Shown here: positions 36,001-51,100 of the stretch, piece by piece
Layout: every line of letters starts with the position of its first letter
Numbering within the stretch: the first letter of the stretch is position 1
From: Chrysomallon squamiferum
Lineage: Eukaryota > Animalia > Mollusca
Assembly: GCA_012295275.1 (NCBI GenBank)
Contig: CM022665.1
Location: forward strand, 29,574,001 to 29,638,000
Direction of reading: 5' to 3'
Length of the DNA stretch: 64,000 bases
Notes under the pieces: generated by a model
Seen by the model: only the letters and a program-made list of their open reading frames with translations
Databases searched by the model: none
Told to the model about the DNA's origin: nothing
Position numbers and translations under genes: made by a program

Positions 36001-39000
36001 CCATCATATACATGGCATTTACGAAAACACCATGAATATTTAACCTTGTTTAGGACAGAAATGCTGTTGTTAGAAATGGTATAAACATTAAATACATAAA
36101 TTTATAATTAAACAAGTGGAATCTAAGTACACAAAATACAATTCAACATCTGTTCATATTACCATAATGCAACCATTTAGAAATTGTTTATTCTATTTCA
36201 GTTTGGATGGTTATTCAAAATTAGCCAGTGCACAATACTTATATTTTTTAAACAAAATAAACTAATTGGGTAAAAAAAGGTTTGTTTATTTTTAATTACA
36301 ATGAACATTAAACAATTTTACCTCTATTTACAATTGTATATATTACATGTAATCATCTGTATGCATCATACAGTAGAACAGAAAAAAAAAATACTGAAAC
36401 ACATAAAAACATTTTTTTATGTAGCAAAATAAGTTATGATATGTGCCAAATGTAGATACCAGTTACTTCTCAGTATCCTAGTAAAAATATAATGAAACAG
36501 TAACACGATTCACTGGTTACCTAGCATGTATAAAAGATGAAGTGAGGTTAGCCGACTTATTGGTGAGGGTCCTTCTCAGGGCTGGCACCATGAATAGGCC
36601 AATCAGGCAGCTGCCTATGGTGTAGAAATAATAAGGATACATTATTTACCTTTAAGGTCACAGATTTATACAAATTATTGTTTAAAAACAATAACCCCCC
36701 TATAATAGTTCACTGTTTTAATAGTTTATTCTTAGTTCATAACCAGTTTATTGCTGTCAACACTAACGCTACTGTTAAACGTTAATCAGTCTGGATCCAA
36801 ATGATCTAACATCAAAATCAAAGTTTGCAATGTTTTGTGTGTATGTGTGTGTTCAAGCCTAAGGTGCAAAATAACTTGGTACCAGCCCTGGTCCTTTTTT
36901 TGTATTACATGAATTGTTCGTAAGGCCCTTTGGTTCACTGCTGCCTTTTTTCACTGTTGATTCTCTTGCTGATGCTCAAAATGAAAAGATACTCTGCTGC
37001 TGAAATCTAAAATTTATAATGGAACTAATAATATTCCAACACTGAGATTACAAAATCCATTTAACCAAATACTATAGATGAATGGCTCAGGAACAGGTTT
37101 GGGTTTTTTTTGTTGTTTTTGTTGGCTTTTTTAAACAAGGTATATGACAGTCTATTATATCTTTAGAATGATTTTTTTTTTTTTTTTAAAAAGGGCAAAT
37201 AGTGTAGTGATAAAAAACAATATCAACTCCTTCTAAATCTTTTTAATCACCGATTGAAATTTTAAGACAAACTGCATGACAATGAGCCTGTTCTGCAAAA
37301 ATGTCTCTTAAAAAAATAAAAAAATAAAAAAGAAGAAAAAATATAATAATATTATGCATTCAAATAGTAAATTAAATGTTGATATCAGTTTTTGAATAAT
37401 GGATTCTGGAATTGCTTATTTCAAATGCTTTGTTTTAAGGGATGGATTGTAACATAGCATGTAGAGAGTAGACTAAATGTGTATTATGTAACAAGACCAA
37501 TCTTTCTCAGTGGATCTAATATATGAATTTCTTTACAACCACTGCTCAATGTATACTTCTTCAAAGGCTAAAGAATTAGCCTTTTCATGGGGAAGTGTGT
37601 GTAGAAGTGTCATTATTAATCATAACCCACAGAGCAGAATGTTTCATCACAATTTCATCAACATTTTTTTAAAAGCATGTATTGATACCATATAACTGTT
37701 AATCATAAAATATATTGCATTGTAATTAAACTAATATTTATTTATACCTTTACAAACATTTCAGATATTATGATACAAATAAGATTATTCTAAAGTTTAT
37801 TCAGATAATGGTTATTATAGTTTACAGATTTCTAACTGTATTCAGTCTGATAAGCTCCTTTTATGAGTAAATCATATCTGCTTTCTTGATTATACTGCAT
37901 ATTTAGCAGAGTGAATGGTGATCATATCTAAAATATCTTTAGTTTTTCTCAATATATTTTTAATATGATTAACTGAAAGTCTTTGTTGCACTAATCTAAC
38001 ATAATTTTGACATTTTAATAAAAATACCTAAATAATCGTATCATGATATAATGGTATTCCTAAGACACAGATTGAGGTTTCTAGATAGACCCTTCCTCAC
38101 ACTGTCAAAAGATGAGCTTCATATTAGATTATCAGTCCCAACAGAAAATACATAATAAAATGTCTGGTAAATCTGGATGATTCACAGATTACTAAGATCT
38201 AGAAAGCAAAATAGCCTGAAATTCTTTAAAATAAAAAAAAAGGAGATAAAAAAAGAGAGAGAGATAAAAAATAAAGAATAAAAACAATTATATATATATA
38301 TATATATAAATAATAATAATACTTAAAACAACTAAATAAATTTTAAAAAGAACAGAAGAAAAAACCAAAAGTTTTTATATATTTAATTTTGAATACATTA
38401 TATTTTTAATAGAAATTGTAAATATCACTAAATTTTATTCATGTTATAACTAAGTATGTAGACTTTCTTATTTCTATTTTGTCTCTTTGTTGTGGTTGAA
38501 TAAGATCAACCTCAGTTTGAATAAACATATTCTAAACATTGAAATTATAATATTAATCCTATTAAGTATTAATAATTAAATAAAATTCTTTAAGAAATAA
38601 GCATTCAGTGGCAACAACAAGAAAACTGTTGTTTTAATGAAATTTGCATGTTCACTATTATTATTCTAATTTAGAAAACCATAATCTTGAAAATGCATGA
38701 CTTGACTCGAGTCCTGACAGTTACTTTCAAATTTAACTTTTTTTTAATTTTATTTATTTTTATTCAGAACAAATGATCTTTACTTTTACAAAAAACTTGT
38801 TACTTTTCATTTTTCATAAATCAACTTCACAATGAATCATCATGGACAGATACATATTTTCTTAAGTCACTACTTAATCTGCCACTGTGTTTCGTATAAA
38901 AGTGACAGAAACTGTAATGACATGAGACATGGTTGGTGATGACGAAAATTTGAAAGATGACTTCAAACTTATGCTGATGCAAAAGACTTACAACTCAACC

Positions 39001-39125
39001 ATCCATTCTCCATATAAAGTTTCCTCCCAATTATCCTCTGTCACGACGATGAGTTTTCCAAAATCTGATGTCTTAGTACATACAATTAATAAACTAAACA
39101 AACTCAAAAACATCCACGCGTCCAT
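31258..39125 (-). CDS. TMX1: Thioredoxin-related transmembrane protein 1, 8 exons, 271 aa (38992-39125, 34690-34805, 34176-34221, 33523-33651, 32936-32981, 32571-32672, 32060-32140, 31258-31419)
   Basis: All introns are GT-AG with consistent phase (816 nt total). Signal peptide; GEWMVEFMAPWCPAC active site (CPAC is TMX1-type); VDVTQNPGLSGRFFVTALPTIYH; TM segment; acidic tail with an RQR motif. Confidence 0.95.
36577..36890. mobile_element. hAT MITE in TMX1 intron 1, 314 bp
   Basis: TIR cagggctggcacca / tggtaccagccctg (13/14). 8-bp TSD gtccttct / gtcctttt (7/8). Confidence 0.88.
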
Positions 39126-39194
39126 GTTGTTGATATACTGGCCGGTGATTAGCTTAACTGAATGCCGTAAAATATGCTTATACAATTACAAGAA

Positions 39195-39205
39195 GCGCAT
39201 GCGCA
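39195..39205. promoter_or_regulatory. NRF1/Ewg-type motif GCGCATGCGCA in the TMX1 promoter
   Basis: Consensus palindromic site 70 bp upstream of the TMX1 ATG within a local CpG-rich patch. Confidence 0.65.
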
Positions 39206-39451
39206 TACTGTTAAGTCGATGTGGTGTTATGCGAGAGGTCGATTTCAGACAAGAAGGAGCAGGTGGGGGGCGGCATATCCTTTACTAAACGCTTGAGTTA
39301 ATCATACCCCTCCATGCTCTAGTTAACATGGTTACCAGCTGGGTAACTTATTGAATTGTTCAACGTATAACTAAGTAAATAAATAAGAATAAATATTATA
39401 AAACAAGTTTTAAGTCAAAAATGTTTTTGAAACAATTACAGTAGATACTGA

Positions 39452-39694
39452 TAGTGGCCTGCAGAGGTCTGGTGAAGCCCGGGCCAACTCCTTGATTGTA
39501 TGTCCCAGAGACTCAAGTATAAGGCTTAGTACTGAGAAATATTATGAGAAAGGAAGATATTTTGACTATGTAAACACAGATGAAACGTAAAATAAACACT
39601 TTATTCGATTTGACTCAATCAAATTTATTGTTCTTTTCTCTGATTGGATGTCCAGAGCCACCTCCCCTTCGTCCCCCCCCCGTGCATACCACTG
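39452..39694. mobile_element. Probable hAT-type MITE between the TMX1 promoter and the ANAPC1 3' end
   Basis: Imperfect TIR tagtggcctgcagagg / cccgtgcataccactg with GC-rich ends. TSD ambiguous (ctgatagt vs atgatagt). Confidence 0.55.
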
Positions 39695-41137
39695 ATGATA
39701 GTAATTCATGTTTGAAAATCTAAACTTGTATTTTGGCTTCTGACTTGTAAATTATTATTATTTTTAATATAATAGACATTTTTTTTTCTCATGAAATGTT
39801 CCAAATCATTTCAATGACGGATATTTTATAGATTTTCTTTGATATTTAATTTGATTTATTTTTGTATGTCCTGAAGTTCACAAATGAGGAGATATACATT
39901 TAATGTACAATTGATTACTAAAAAAATAAACAAAAAATATTCAATTATTGAAAACGAAAGTTATTTCTAATATTCCATTTATAAATCAGTTTAAGATAAA
40001 AGAGAAAACAAAAAGCAGTGTAGAATAATAAAATAATTTTATTTGTCTGTTTTAAAGACCAATTGTTTATCATTGATTTTGACACTTTTTAAAATACATA
40101 ATTTTTTTTTTTTATTAACATCACTTATATCTGAATACATTAGAAGTTAAATAATTAACAACAGTCAACAAATAAGTGTATATATTTATATAATAAGGAG
40201 GATGACAGAAATGTAGGTATAAGTAAACAGTGATTTAAAATATAAATAAATATATACTGAGGACCGAGTTAATGGGTTTATTCAGGTGTAAGGTCAGAGG
40301 AATATACTCACCTTTTCCTAAGATATAATTCAAAGTAGGTGAAACTGTAGGATGTTACATATGGTAGACATTACCTGCACATTTTGATTGCATCCTGGTT
40401 TTCTGTGAAGGAACATTTTATTTTAATATTTAAAAGTTGATTGTGTCTCACATAAAGTTGGTTTTACAGTTGATAATTGTATTTAGCAGTATGTAAGTTT
40501 TAATTATAGATGTGTATTAGCTGAACTTTTGGAACTTTTTAATTAGATAGATTTTATTTATCATTTTTGTATTCTTTGTTTTTCATCTGCAAATCCAGGA
40601 TACAGTTAAATAGTGCACTTTACCAATGGTTAGTCATGTCTTGTTGGCTAAATCCAAAATAATGTTGATGAGGTTAAATCCAACATAAATGTCAGATAAG
40701 CTGGTCAAGAAAGTTTTGACTTTTCTGTTCAGTGTATTTTGTGATATCCAATGATTAACACCATCTGAATTCAAATCTAAAATCATTATTACTTCTGAAT
40801 AGTCTTAGTTTTAAATCAGCAATCATAATTATTATAAATGAAATACTGAAAAGAGGAATTATTATGCCACAGAATCAAAAATATTCTGGCAGCATTTTAA
40901 CCTTAAATAAAATATAAATTTAAAATTAAATAGTATCTAACAATAACAGTATTTGTGCACAAATAAGTTAATGTTTATAAAAAAAATAACAACCCAAAAG
41001 GATTCCCTCTTTCTTCACGCAAATTTCATTGCGAATTAATTATCAGAAAATTAGTACAATTGCATTTTATGTGTCAAAATCACTTGATCTGCTGCATGTA
41101 TTACAAAGTACTCCATAATGAATAGCTTTCCATTCTG

Positions 41138-42093
41138 TCATGATCCAACTTTCCATGCTGATAACAATTTCATAACAGTTGTTAATTTCAAACCTGGCAG
41201 CTGTTTAATCAGTGCTGGCAGTGATAAAGGACCTGTTTCAAAATAATTAAAACATTTTTTAGTTGCACCCTTTTATTAAAGATTTTGAATTGTATCTATA
41301 CCAAAAATTCATAAAGTTCAAACTCAGCATAAATATGAATGATATTAAAAAGGTAAAACAAATATTACTATATCCATATAAAGATTAACAAATATAACTC
41401 TCTCAACAAAAACAAAACAGGAGCTGCAATACTGTTTTTCAAATTCTGAAGAAAAGCACGTCTCAAGTCAGTTATCTGGTTATTTACTAATTAATTGTGT
41501 ATAAAAGCCTAATGAGAAACTTTTACAACAAAAACATTTATCTTCTCCTCTATAAACATTTGTCAAATTAAAAAAAAAAAAAAAACACAACAAAACACAC
41601 CTTCAATCAGTATAGTTTCCAAGAATTCAGGACAGGGAATGTCAAACCATGAAAGGAAAGATGATAAGAAGCCAGGCTCTATTCCCTTTAATGACTCATT
41701 TCTCAAATACTTCACAATAACATCAAAGTTCTCTGCAATAAAAAGGTGGCTGTATGTATATTATTCTATGAAACAGAGGGAAATGTATGTTATCTTTATA
41801 TTATTAAATGCAGATATATTTATATTACTATTAATGATACTATAGAGATAACAACACTTATACACAAACCTGATTCCCATTTGTCTAGAAAGTCTTCCAC
41901 ATGATGTTTGAGACAGAGCAGAAACTCTTTTTCTAGCAACTCTCTGGGCTGCTCATCACCCAGACTTCTGATGCGGTGATGTGATACATAATATGCAAAC
42001 ACAAACTTCAACTGCCACACTCCTAATGTCTGAATAACATCCTTACATTGAATCATCAACTGTGAAAAATAATTTACCAAATCATCACAATGT

Positions 42094-42131
<38 letters not shown>

Positions 42132-45100
42132 CACACAACACACACACACACACTATGACAATAACAATTACTCATTACCTTTACATTTTGCAGGATTTAA
42201 AATTACTTTAATATTACAAATAATAAAAGGAAATAAACCAGAAAAATTGGTCTTTAAAATAAATCATGAATATATTGGGTTGGTACAAATATTCATAGCA
42301 TTTTTCAACAGGTGGCATTTCAGTATGTACTTTCTTTTAGCACCTGAAATATATGGCATACCTACATGTTCTGATAGGTGAACAAATTGGCACTTATGTG
42401 GCTCAATAAATCTATGTACAAATATCCAAATATTGTCTTTGAATTAAATTTAAAATTGATATGAACTTTTGCTCTAGCCCAGTAAAATAGATATCTAAGC
42501 AATTTACTTGGAGGTTTTAGGAAAAGTGTTTCTGAATATCTGTATATAAACATTTCTTTAACAGAACCTACCTGCTCTAAAACAAAGTGTGAGCTAATGG
42601 CACCTGGTTTATCCTGTGTTATACACTGGTACACAACAGTTGCTAGTTCTCTCCGATTTGAAGAATCCTGAAAATGTTATAACTATTAAGTCAAACTAAG
42701 AATAAAAATGATAAACCAATCAAATAATAAGAATTAAGTATAGCTAAGTTTAGCACAATAGTTAATCTATTTTTCAATTTTGATTACAATTGTTTTTCAT
42801 ATCTTATTTTTTTCTGGTTTAAAAAATCATATCCAGTTTTATGTAAAATTATAAAAAGTCTCATTTGTGTAGTTATCAGGTGGCTGAAGAAGTGTGATTT
42901 TCGAAATTCTCTTGTTTGGTAACTACTCAGATTCAGATGTATACAGCTGCAAAAAGCAAAGAGAAGATGACCCTGAAGCATCCTGTCATAATTAATTTTA
43001 AAGGTGCCATCTTCCTTCAGGACAATGCACGGCCAGATATTTCTTGTCCTGTGTAATTTAAACTTAGTACTCTATGTCACCAACAAATTATAATCTTTTT
43101 TTGTCCTTGAATAACCACATGTTCAACTAAAGGCTGCTATATTATCTGACTACATTCTTGCACAACTTGAAAAATGAGCCAGACTTTTTTGGTCTCCTGA
43201 TAAAAATATCTTCATATCATGCATTTACACCCTACTGAAATGAGTCAGAACTTTAAACTTACAAATTTATTATCAGATTTCAAGAAACACTCAGCAAGAG
43301 TAATAATGCAAGGATCAGACGCAAAAGCCTTCAGCACTTCTGGCTACAGATACAAATAAAAAAGAAGAAAATGTATGAACAGAAACACCTTTATAACTGA
43401 TTCAGATGTGGAATTTAAGACTTATAGCTATTTACACACATAAACATAATTCATAATGATATACATCAAGTCCAATTTAGAATATTCATAAAATTATTAT
43501 ACTCTTCAGAACAAACAGTCATATTTATTTATTCATAATTAAAATGTTAAACAGTATATTATTTAAATGTAATTCTAGCAATAAAACTCTTCACAGAAGT
43601 GTTGATGATAAAACTACCTTGTGTGAACAATGACAAATATGATCAGCTGTCAGTGACTTGGCCAACACACTTCTGTAACCCTGGAGACAAAAACATTTAT
43701 CATAATTATGTCTTTTTACTTTATCAAATTAATGCAGCACAAAGATTTTCAGATCATGACATTTATAAAACACATTGTCATTAATTTTAAATCATTATAC
43801 AAATGTTTATTTCTGACTAAACAAAATAGAAAAACTAATGATTTATGTTTTGGTTGTTCCAGAAATTTTATAAACAGAAAAAAAAAAAAAAAAAAAAAAA
43901 AAAAGGAAGAGCTTTAATCCTACATATCAAATCTGTAAAAAAAAACCAAAACATTGTATCATTTCAGTTATCCATAATATTAAAAAAAAAATTGCCTGTT
44001 GCAGTACAGTTATTGCATTTGAAAACATTCTTTTTTACAGTACTTTTAATAATTCTAATTTTATAATAAAACTGCCATGAATGCTAATTTTGTATTTGTT
44101 TTATATATAAGGTTGAGTATGGAATGACCTGTATTATTATTTAATAAATTTACCTGAGGATCCTCAACAAACGAAAGGTGTCCAGCTCTCTGCTTAACAC
44201 TCAATTCTCCATTGTGTTTAAGCAAAGTTCTGTAAATGTACAGATATTAGTTTTAAAGACTTTTATTGCACACTGGGTTTTGAAGTTTAGATAAAATATT
44301 AAGATAAAAAATAAATAAAACATAAATAGCCAGTGATAAATGAAAAAGTTTGATACTAGGATATATGAAAAACATTAATTAACAACGAATTTTTCAGTTT
44401 TATTTTGTGTAAATTCACTGCACTATCCTACACTGCATGAACAAGTCAAATCTGATTAAAATAATTAAAAAAAAGTTTTAAGAAATATATAAATTCAGCT
44501 CACTCAAGAACATTCCAATTTTTTTCTGCATGAAAAATGATCGGCCAGTACCGAGGTCCCAACACTTTTATCTGTTGATTAAACAAAGAGAAACCAACCA
44601 AGCAATTAGTCAAAGATTATAGCATATCCAAACCTCAAACAAATCACAAATATTCTCTAGTAGAAATACTGTCATACTTATACAATTTGCTTTATGATAT
44701 TTTTAAAATTATAAGTCTTGACTACAGATAAATACTGTACCAAAATTACTAACTTCCAAAATAAAACAATCTTTTAAAATGAATATATTAAGAAATAAAA
44801 CCACTGAGAATCAAATCAAAGCAACACCAACCTCTTCTAAAAGATCCAATTCAGGAAGAATACAAGGGGCAATTGTCTTAAAACTGACATTGCTATAATT
44901 GATAGTATTCTGAAAATAATAATTGTCTGAATTACAGAAAATAGAAAAAAAAATTCAAAATAAAAATATTACAACTTAATGCCATTGTAAAGTGTTAGTG
45001 GCAGTGGTAAATAATAAAATAAGACTAAATAATAACTAAAATTTGAAAATTATTAAAAACATTAGTCACGCTGACAAACACAAAATGTTTATGTAACAAA

Positions 45101-48100
45101 ATACAGTGGATGAAGCAAATGTTAACAAATTGCATTTTAACAAAACCTTGTAATTATTTCATATATTAAAAATGAATGATAACAAAATATAATTTAAAAA
45201 AAAGCAAATTTACAGAACAACACTCAACAACAACACTGATTATTTTCTGTTTCAATTTGCAATTTTTTCTTTTAACATGATGCAATATAAATGTGTTCTA
45301 GGTCTGAATATAGAAATAAAACCAACTTTGAACTTGATTTCCAGAGGAACATAGCAAGGTTTTCCTGAGTCAACATCTCTTGGTAAAACCACTCTTGGCT
45401 CAGCTGCTAGGACATACAAGTGTCTGAATGCTTGCAGATGGTATCTAAAAACATCACATTTGTTTTTTAAATATATTTAAAAAAAAAAACACACACACAC
45501 ATTCACATACCCTAGGTCTACTATAAACAAGTCTGCATGGTAAATCTCAACCAATGTATTCCTTTATTCTGCATGCATTTAAAAGTAAACTATCAAACAC
45601 AGGCATTGGTCTTTATTTCTTGTCCACAGTGGAGTGCAATCACTTATTTAGTTTTACTTAAACAATTAACTTTTTCAGATGATTTTCCTTGATGGAATTT
45701 AAAAAGGTTAATTTACATACTTCCCTAAAAATCTACATAAGTTATTGGACATTTTAGAACAAACACCATGGTGAAAATAATCTTTTGAAGAAAGAAAAAA
45801 GAAGCTATTTTGGTATAACTGTATCACACCTGTTGTCACTGCTCATAGTGGGATACTTTGGGAAAAAGGCACAAATCAATACAGATATGGATTCTGGTTT
45901 AGTGTTCAGAGTATACCTTAAATAAAAAATAAATAAAAAAAGATAAAAGAAAAACAAAATCATTAGTATTGTGTATTAGATGAAATCTACCGAAGTTACT
46001 GAAATTAGAAAAATATGGCTATAAAATAATAGTTGAAAAGGATGTTATATTTGTCAATACCCCACCCATAAAACGAATAACAGTTCCTTATAGTTGTCTC
46101 TTACAAATACTTATAATTATTTGTTGTATTTTAATAATCTAAGCAGCATTCGTTACAGAAACATGTCTGGTAAACAAAATCCTAATCTCAAGTTACTGAA
46201 TTGTTAACTGGGTTCACTGAATATATTTTTATTAAACATTAGAAAAATGAAATACTACTATTAAAAGGTGACTGATTATTAAGTTGTTTTCTTAATGTAG
46301 TAATACAAAATTATAGCATCATGTTATCATCATATTAATACAAATGAGATGAAATATAGCAAATGTTTTCTTATTTGCATACTTACCGACCTCCTCCCAA
46401 GAACAACAATCCAGTTGCCATGGCAATTGCCATGTGAGATCCATATGTTACATAGGGATATTGTGGTCCTATTCTCTTGCGCAGCATTCTGCACATTCTG
46501 AGCACATCAAGATTACCTGATCCAGCCATTACCTTAACAATACAATCATTAAAAATCAATCAATATATATTTTTGTATTAACTATTTATTTTATAAATCA
46601 AAAGAATGTGTGTTTTTGTAGTGTGATTATGACAAGGCAATTAATGCTGCTACCAACACAAGCAATACATATTCTTTTTGATTAAAAGCAAATAATCTTT
46701 AACATGCCGCTTCCAAAGAAAAACCTGTAATAAGATTATGAATGAACTAAGAGTACTAACCATATGACCCACCTATCTGGAATTTATTGCCGTAACCACT
46801 GAACATTTTTAATATATTTATCAAATTGAGAATTTTAAAATAAAAACAGTTTTTAATAATAGTTTCTAATAAGAACATTTGTTTTGGTATTTTTTGCATC
46901 AAAGTTACAAAAGTACAGAATACAAATATGAGGTCAGTTATAATATAGAAGAAATATAATAAATAAATAACAGGTTTGATAATAATTAATTTATTAATTT
47001 ACCATGGCTACAGAGGTGAGAGTCACAATCACACAATTTTCTATTGTGTTTTTTCCTGTCTGTTCAGCAAGGCTTGGTGTGGAGAGAACTGAAAACAAAT
47101 TCTTCAAACAATCCATCTGGGGAAACAAATACAAATAAAATAATTTCTTTTGTTGAGAAATATTTAGCATTTCAGAGCTTAAACCTACAAATTCAGTTAT
47201 TTCTATCATTTATTTTACATTTTTTCTTTTCTAATATTACTTACAAAAAAAAAAAAAAAAAAAAATAATACATTTTTTTTTTAAAAATAGACCTCATAGA
47301 AACAAAATAATAATAATAAAAAAATGCAATAAAAATGTCATTCTAAAAGTCTTTATTCAAATTATTCTAAATGGTTTAAAGCAAATGCTTATCATAAATT
47401 TTGAATATATTTTTCAATATTTAATTTTAATTTTATGTTAATGAATTAGGATAACAATCTTCTTGTCTTTATCAGTTTTATTTTTACTTTTTCTAGTGTG
47501 ATATAATGTTAAATGAGTATTTTAAATTCTGTAAGAATTACCAGAGTATTAAATGCTGCCTCATTTTCTGAACCAGCAAACTTCAGACCCATTGTCATAC
47601 ATGCTCCTGCCACTATGTTACAGTAGGCTTGACTTTAAGAACAATTCAAAAGAGGGAAGACAAGAATCTATTATTTAAATATAACTTTCATAAAAAAGAA
47701 GAAAATGACAGAGTTAAATACAAACTGATGAAAGAAGATTAATTTAACTTTGAAGAAGAAAACAGAACAAAAATTTATTATTCAATGATTGCAATCTAAC
47801 TGAAGTATATTAAGTAATACCAGAATTATCTTCCTATCTGTATGTGTAAGCCAAATAGAACTCTCAATAATAATAATAATAATAATAATAAAGAATAAAA
47901 AGAAAAAAAGAAAAAAAAAACCCACCAAATATATATAGATAGATAAAGGGATCTTAAGGTAGTTCTAAATACATTTACTGTTTATTTTAATTGACCATTA
48001 ACCAAAAATATAAAATAAAAATTAAAAATTAAAAAAAAAGGAAAGAAAAAATAATTTCTTTTGTAATATTTATCAAACAAAATATATCCAGGTAAAATTT

Positions 48101-51100
48101 TATTATCTGTCTTGTCCTACACAGTTACTGAAATGATGACTAAATAAGAGTTAATCACAGAAATGTTTTTACCTCATAGTTTCATAATCAATCACAGTAT
48201 CATCATCATCCTCCAGATGTCCTTTGTTGAAAGCATATTTTTTCACAATCTACAAGAATTAAACAAATGTTTTTAAATTACTTCAACAGTTACAGATGTT
48301 CTTCAAATTTTGAGGAAAAAAAACAACAATTAGTTTTTAATAAAAGTTGATACTTCCCTGAGTAGTGTTTAAATGTGTGTGTGTGAGTGTGGCTGCATGT
48401 ATATGTGTATATATTTATGTTTTTCTTATTACTTTAGCTCATTTATTGTGAAAAGTTATATTCTCATATTCTGATGTTTTCTGAAATCATAATGCTAATT
48501 CTTCTATTTTTTCTAGGCTCTGCAACAGATTAATTAACAGCTGGTTTATAAACACTGAAATACATAACAGAAACATATAATAATTTTTTTTTTCTTTCTC
48601 TTGTAAACATACATACAAGCTATGATGCAAACATATAAATGAATAGCAATTACCTCTGGAATATTACTGTCAATCCAAACTGAGCTGGGCATAACCGAAT
48701 CCCAGAGCACCAAACCTCGACTTAGTGTCTAAAACAGAAACTCATTTATTAAACTACAAATCAGTGAATTACAAGTTCCACTGTATCAATTTACTAATCC
48801 ATCTTTGGTAATATTACAAAAAGTTCCATTTCCAAGTTATTGTTTTTTCAGCTGACCAGTGCTAGCTAATAATATTGACAATAAAATGGTGTAATTACTG
48901 TGGAAAGTAAAATATTTAAACAAAAGTGAAACAGCTAAGTCGGTGATAATGTTTAATATCATATGGAGGACATACTCGCAACAGGAGGAAATCTGGTCTG
49001 ACATGTTCCAACATAAACTGGGTATCAGGAGCTCTAAGCCATTCTGCTACTGCCCTGAGAAAAAAATATTGAAAATATTTTAATTTAAATTAAATTATTA
49101 ATATAAATTAATTGATATTTCAATAATACTTTTAAAAAAAAGTGCCTAAAAAATACAAATAAATAGTGTTTTTTTTCCAGGAGCCATAAACAATTTATTA
49201 ATGGTAGACAAAGTAATCTTTACAACAAATAATGTGAACAATCTGTATTTATTTTAAGACATAAAACATCAACCATACCCATTTCCAGTGCTGAAAAACA
49301 TCATGCCTAATGCAAGTGTAGCTCCGGGTGCAGTAACATCAACATTGACACAGTTTCCCTCCTGTAAATAAAATAACATATATAATACTTTGAAAAACAT
49401 AAGTGAAGCAATAGTTTCATAACAGATCTCAGTATGCCATAAGCTTGCTGAAATATCACTTCTTCCCAACACAGCTTTTGGAGGAAAATCCATTTTTCAC
49501 TAAAACTGTAAATACATACATACACAGATACAATTACTTACTGTATTTCTTTTTTCATTTAAAAATAAGAAATTTATGGAGAAACATAATCATCTAAAAA
49601 TATATGAGTGATCCAACTTGGTTACAAACCTTATTCAGGTAGCTTGGCGCTTTGCATCTTTCTCGTACCAGGTTTGGCTTTTATGCAAAGAGAAATGAAT
49701 TCATCAGTACAGAGAAGGAAGATACAAACTGCTTGATGTATGTTCACTCATGTTAATTATTAACGTTCATGATTAATACTGAAATGCTCATATATAACAT
49801 ATTTGTAATCTTTTGTTTCAAATTTCAAATGTAACTTTCAGAATAAAAATAACCTGTTTGAAACACAATTTTATTTTACTTTTATTGTTCCTCAGTTCTT
49901 ATATTCTTCTTTATCTGTTTGAAATTATTCATTTTCCAGATTAAATTCCAAAATTACTTCCTACCTGAACATTTCAGTTATTTACTCATACGTTCCAAAT
50001 CTGTGTTCTCAAAAACAGATTTTAATTACTAATTAATAAAACAAAGTTCACTGACCACTGGTCTTCTGTGACCTCCCACCATAAAGTGACACAATGTGTC
50101 TGCCATACTGTGATCAGACAGGCCAATCACCTGCTTTCCTTTCTGAAAACAAATAGATCCACAATGTAATTCTTTATTGATGTCTGTAACAGATGATAAA
50201 TTAAGAAGACAATTTACATGATTTGTTTATCTGATTTATCCATTTAGCCTACAATAAGGTAATATGATGGCATTAAATTACAAAGCTGTGACAATTGCTG
50301 TACAGTTTCAATTTTTTCATATCTATTCATTTACTGCTGACATTCCATAAATTCGGAGCCAGGTAAATGTTAATAATAAAAAATTACATAATCATTATTA
50401 GTATTGTAGATATAAAATTAATTAAGTTAATTAATTTTATGTCTTCATAAAAAATTAAAACAACAACGTTAATAGTAATAAAAAAATTGTATTTTGTATG
50501 AAATTACCCCAAACATGATCAGTCCCAGAGCGAGACCAGCTGCGAGAGCATATGATTCTCTGTCTGTACAGTTCTCCATTTCAGGACCTGGCAAACGACC
50601 TTGAAAAATAGATAATACAAATACAACTTAAGTATTAAAAATTCTAACTGTAAGTAAAATGCAACAACAAATGTAAAACTGAACATATTCCATCTGGTTA
50701 AAGAAATTTACCTCAGTTATTTTTGTTTTTTGTTTTTTAATTTTATTATTATTTTTCCCAATCCAATAATCCAAAAGTGTAACTGAAACATGGCAAACTT
50801 ATTAAATTACAAAATTAAAAACTGACCTATTTCACCAAGCAATGTTTCAGCCATGTGTAAATGTCCTGTTCCATAGAAAACTAATCCAACACCAAGAATT
50901 GCAGCTGCCTGAGCATTGTGAGGTATGTTGAGTTCAGTCGAAGTAGGAGGCAGCAACGCTGACACGTGTATACTCAGAACTCGAGTTAATGCCATGTCCA
51001 TAGTACCTCGTCTACAACATCAAATATATTCTAATGTTAAGTGATAATCTTTCAGTTTTGATATATAGTATATCAATCCCTGCAACTGTCTGTAATTTCT

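Noticed and set aside
39126-39288. Longer TMX1 N-terminus and the antisense 119-aa ORF 38929..39288
   Set aside because: Alternative-start and antisense shadows. The signal peptide begins at the ATG at 39125.
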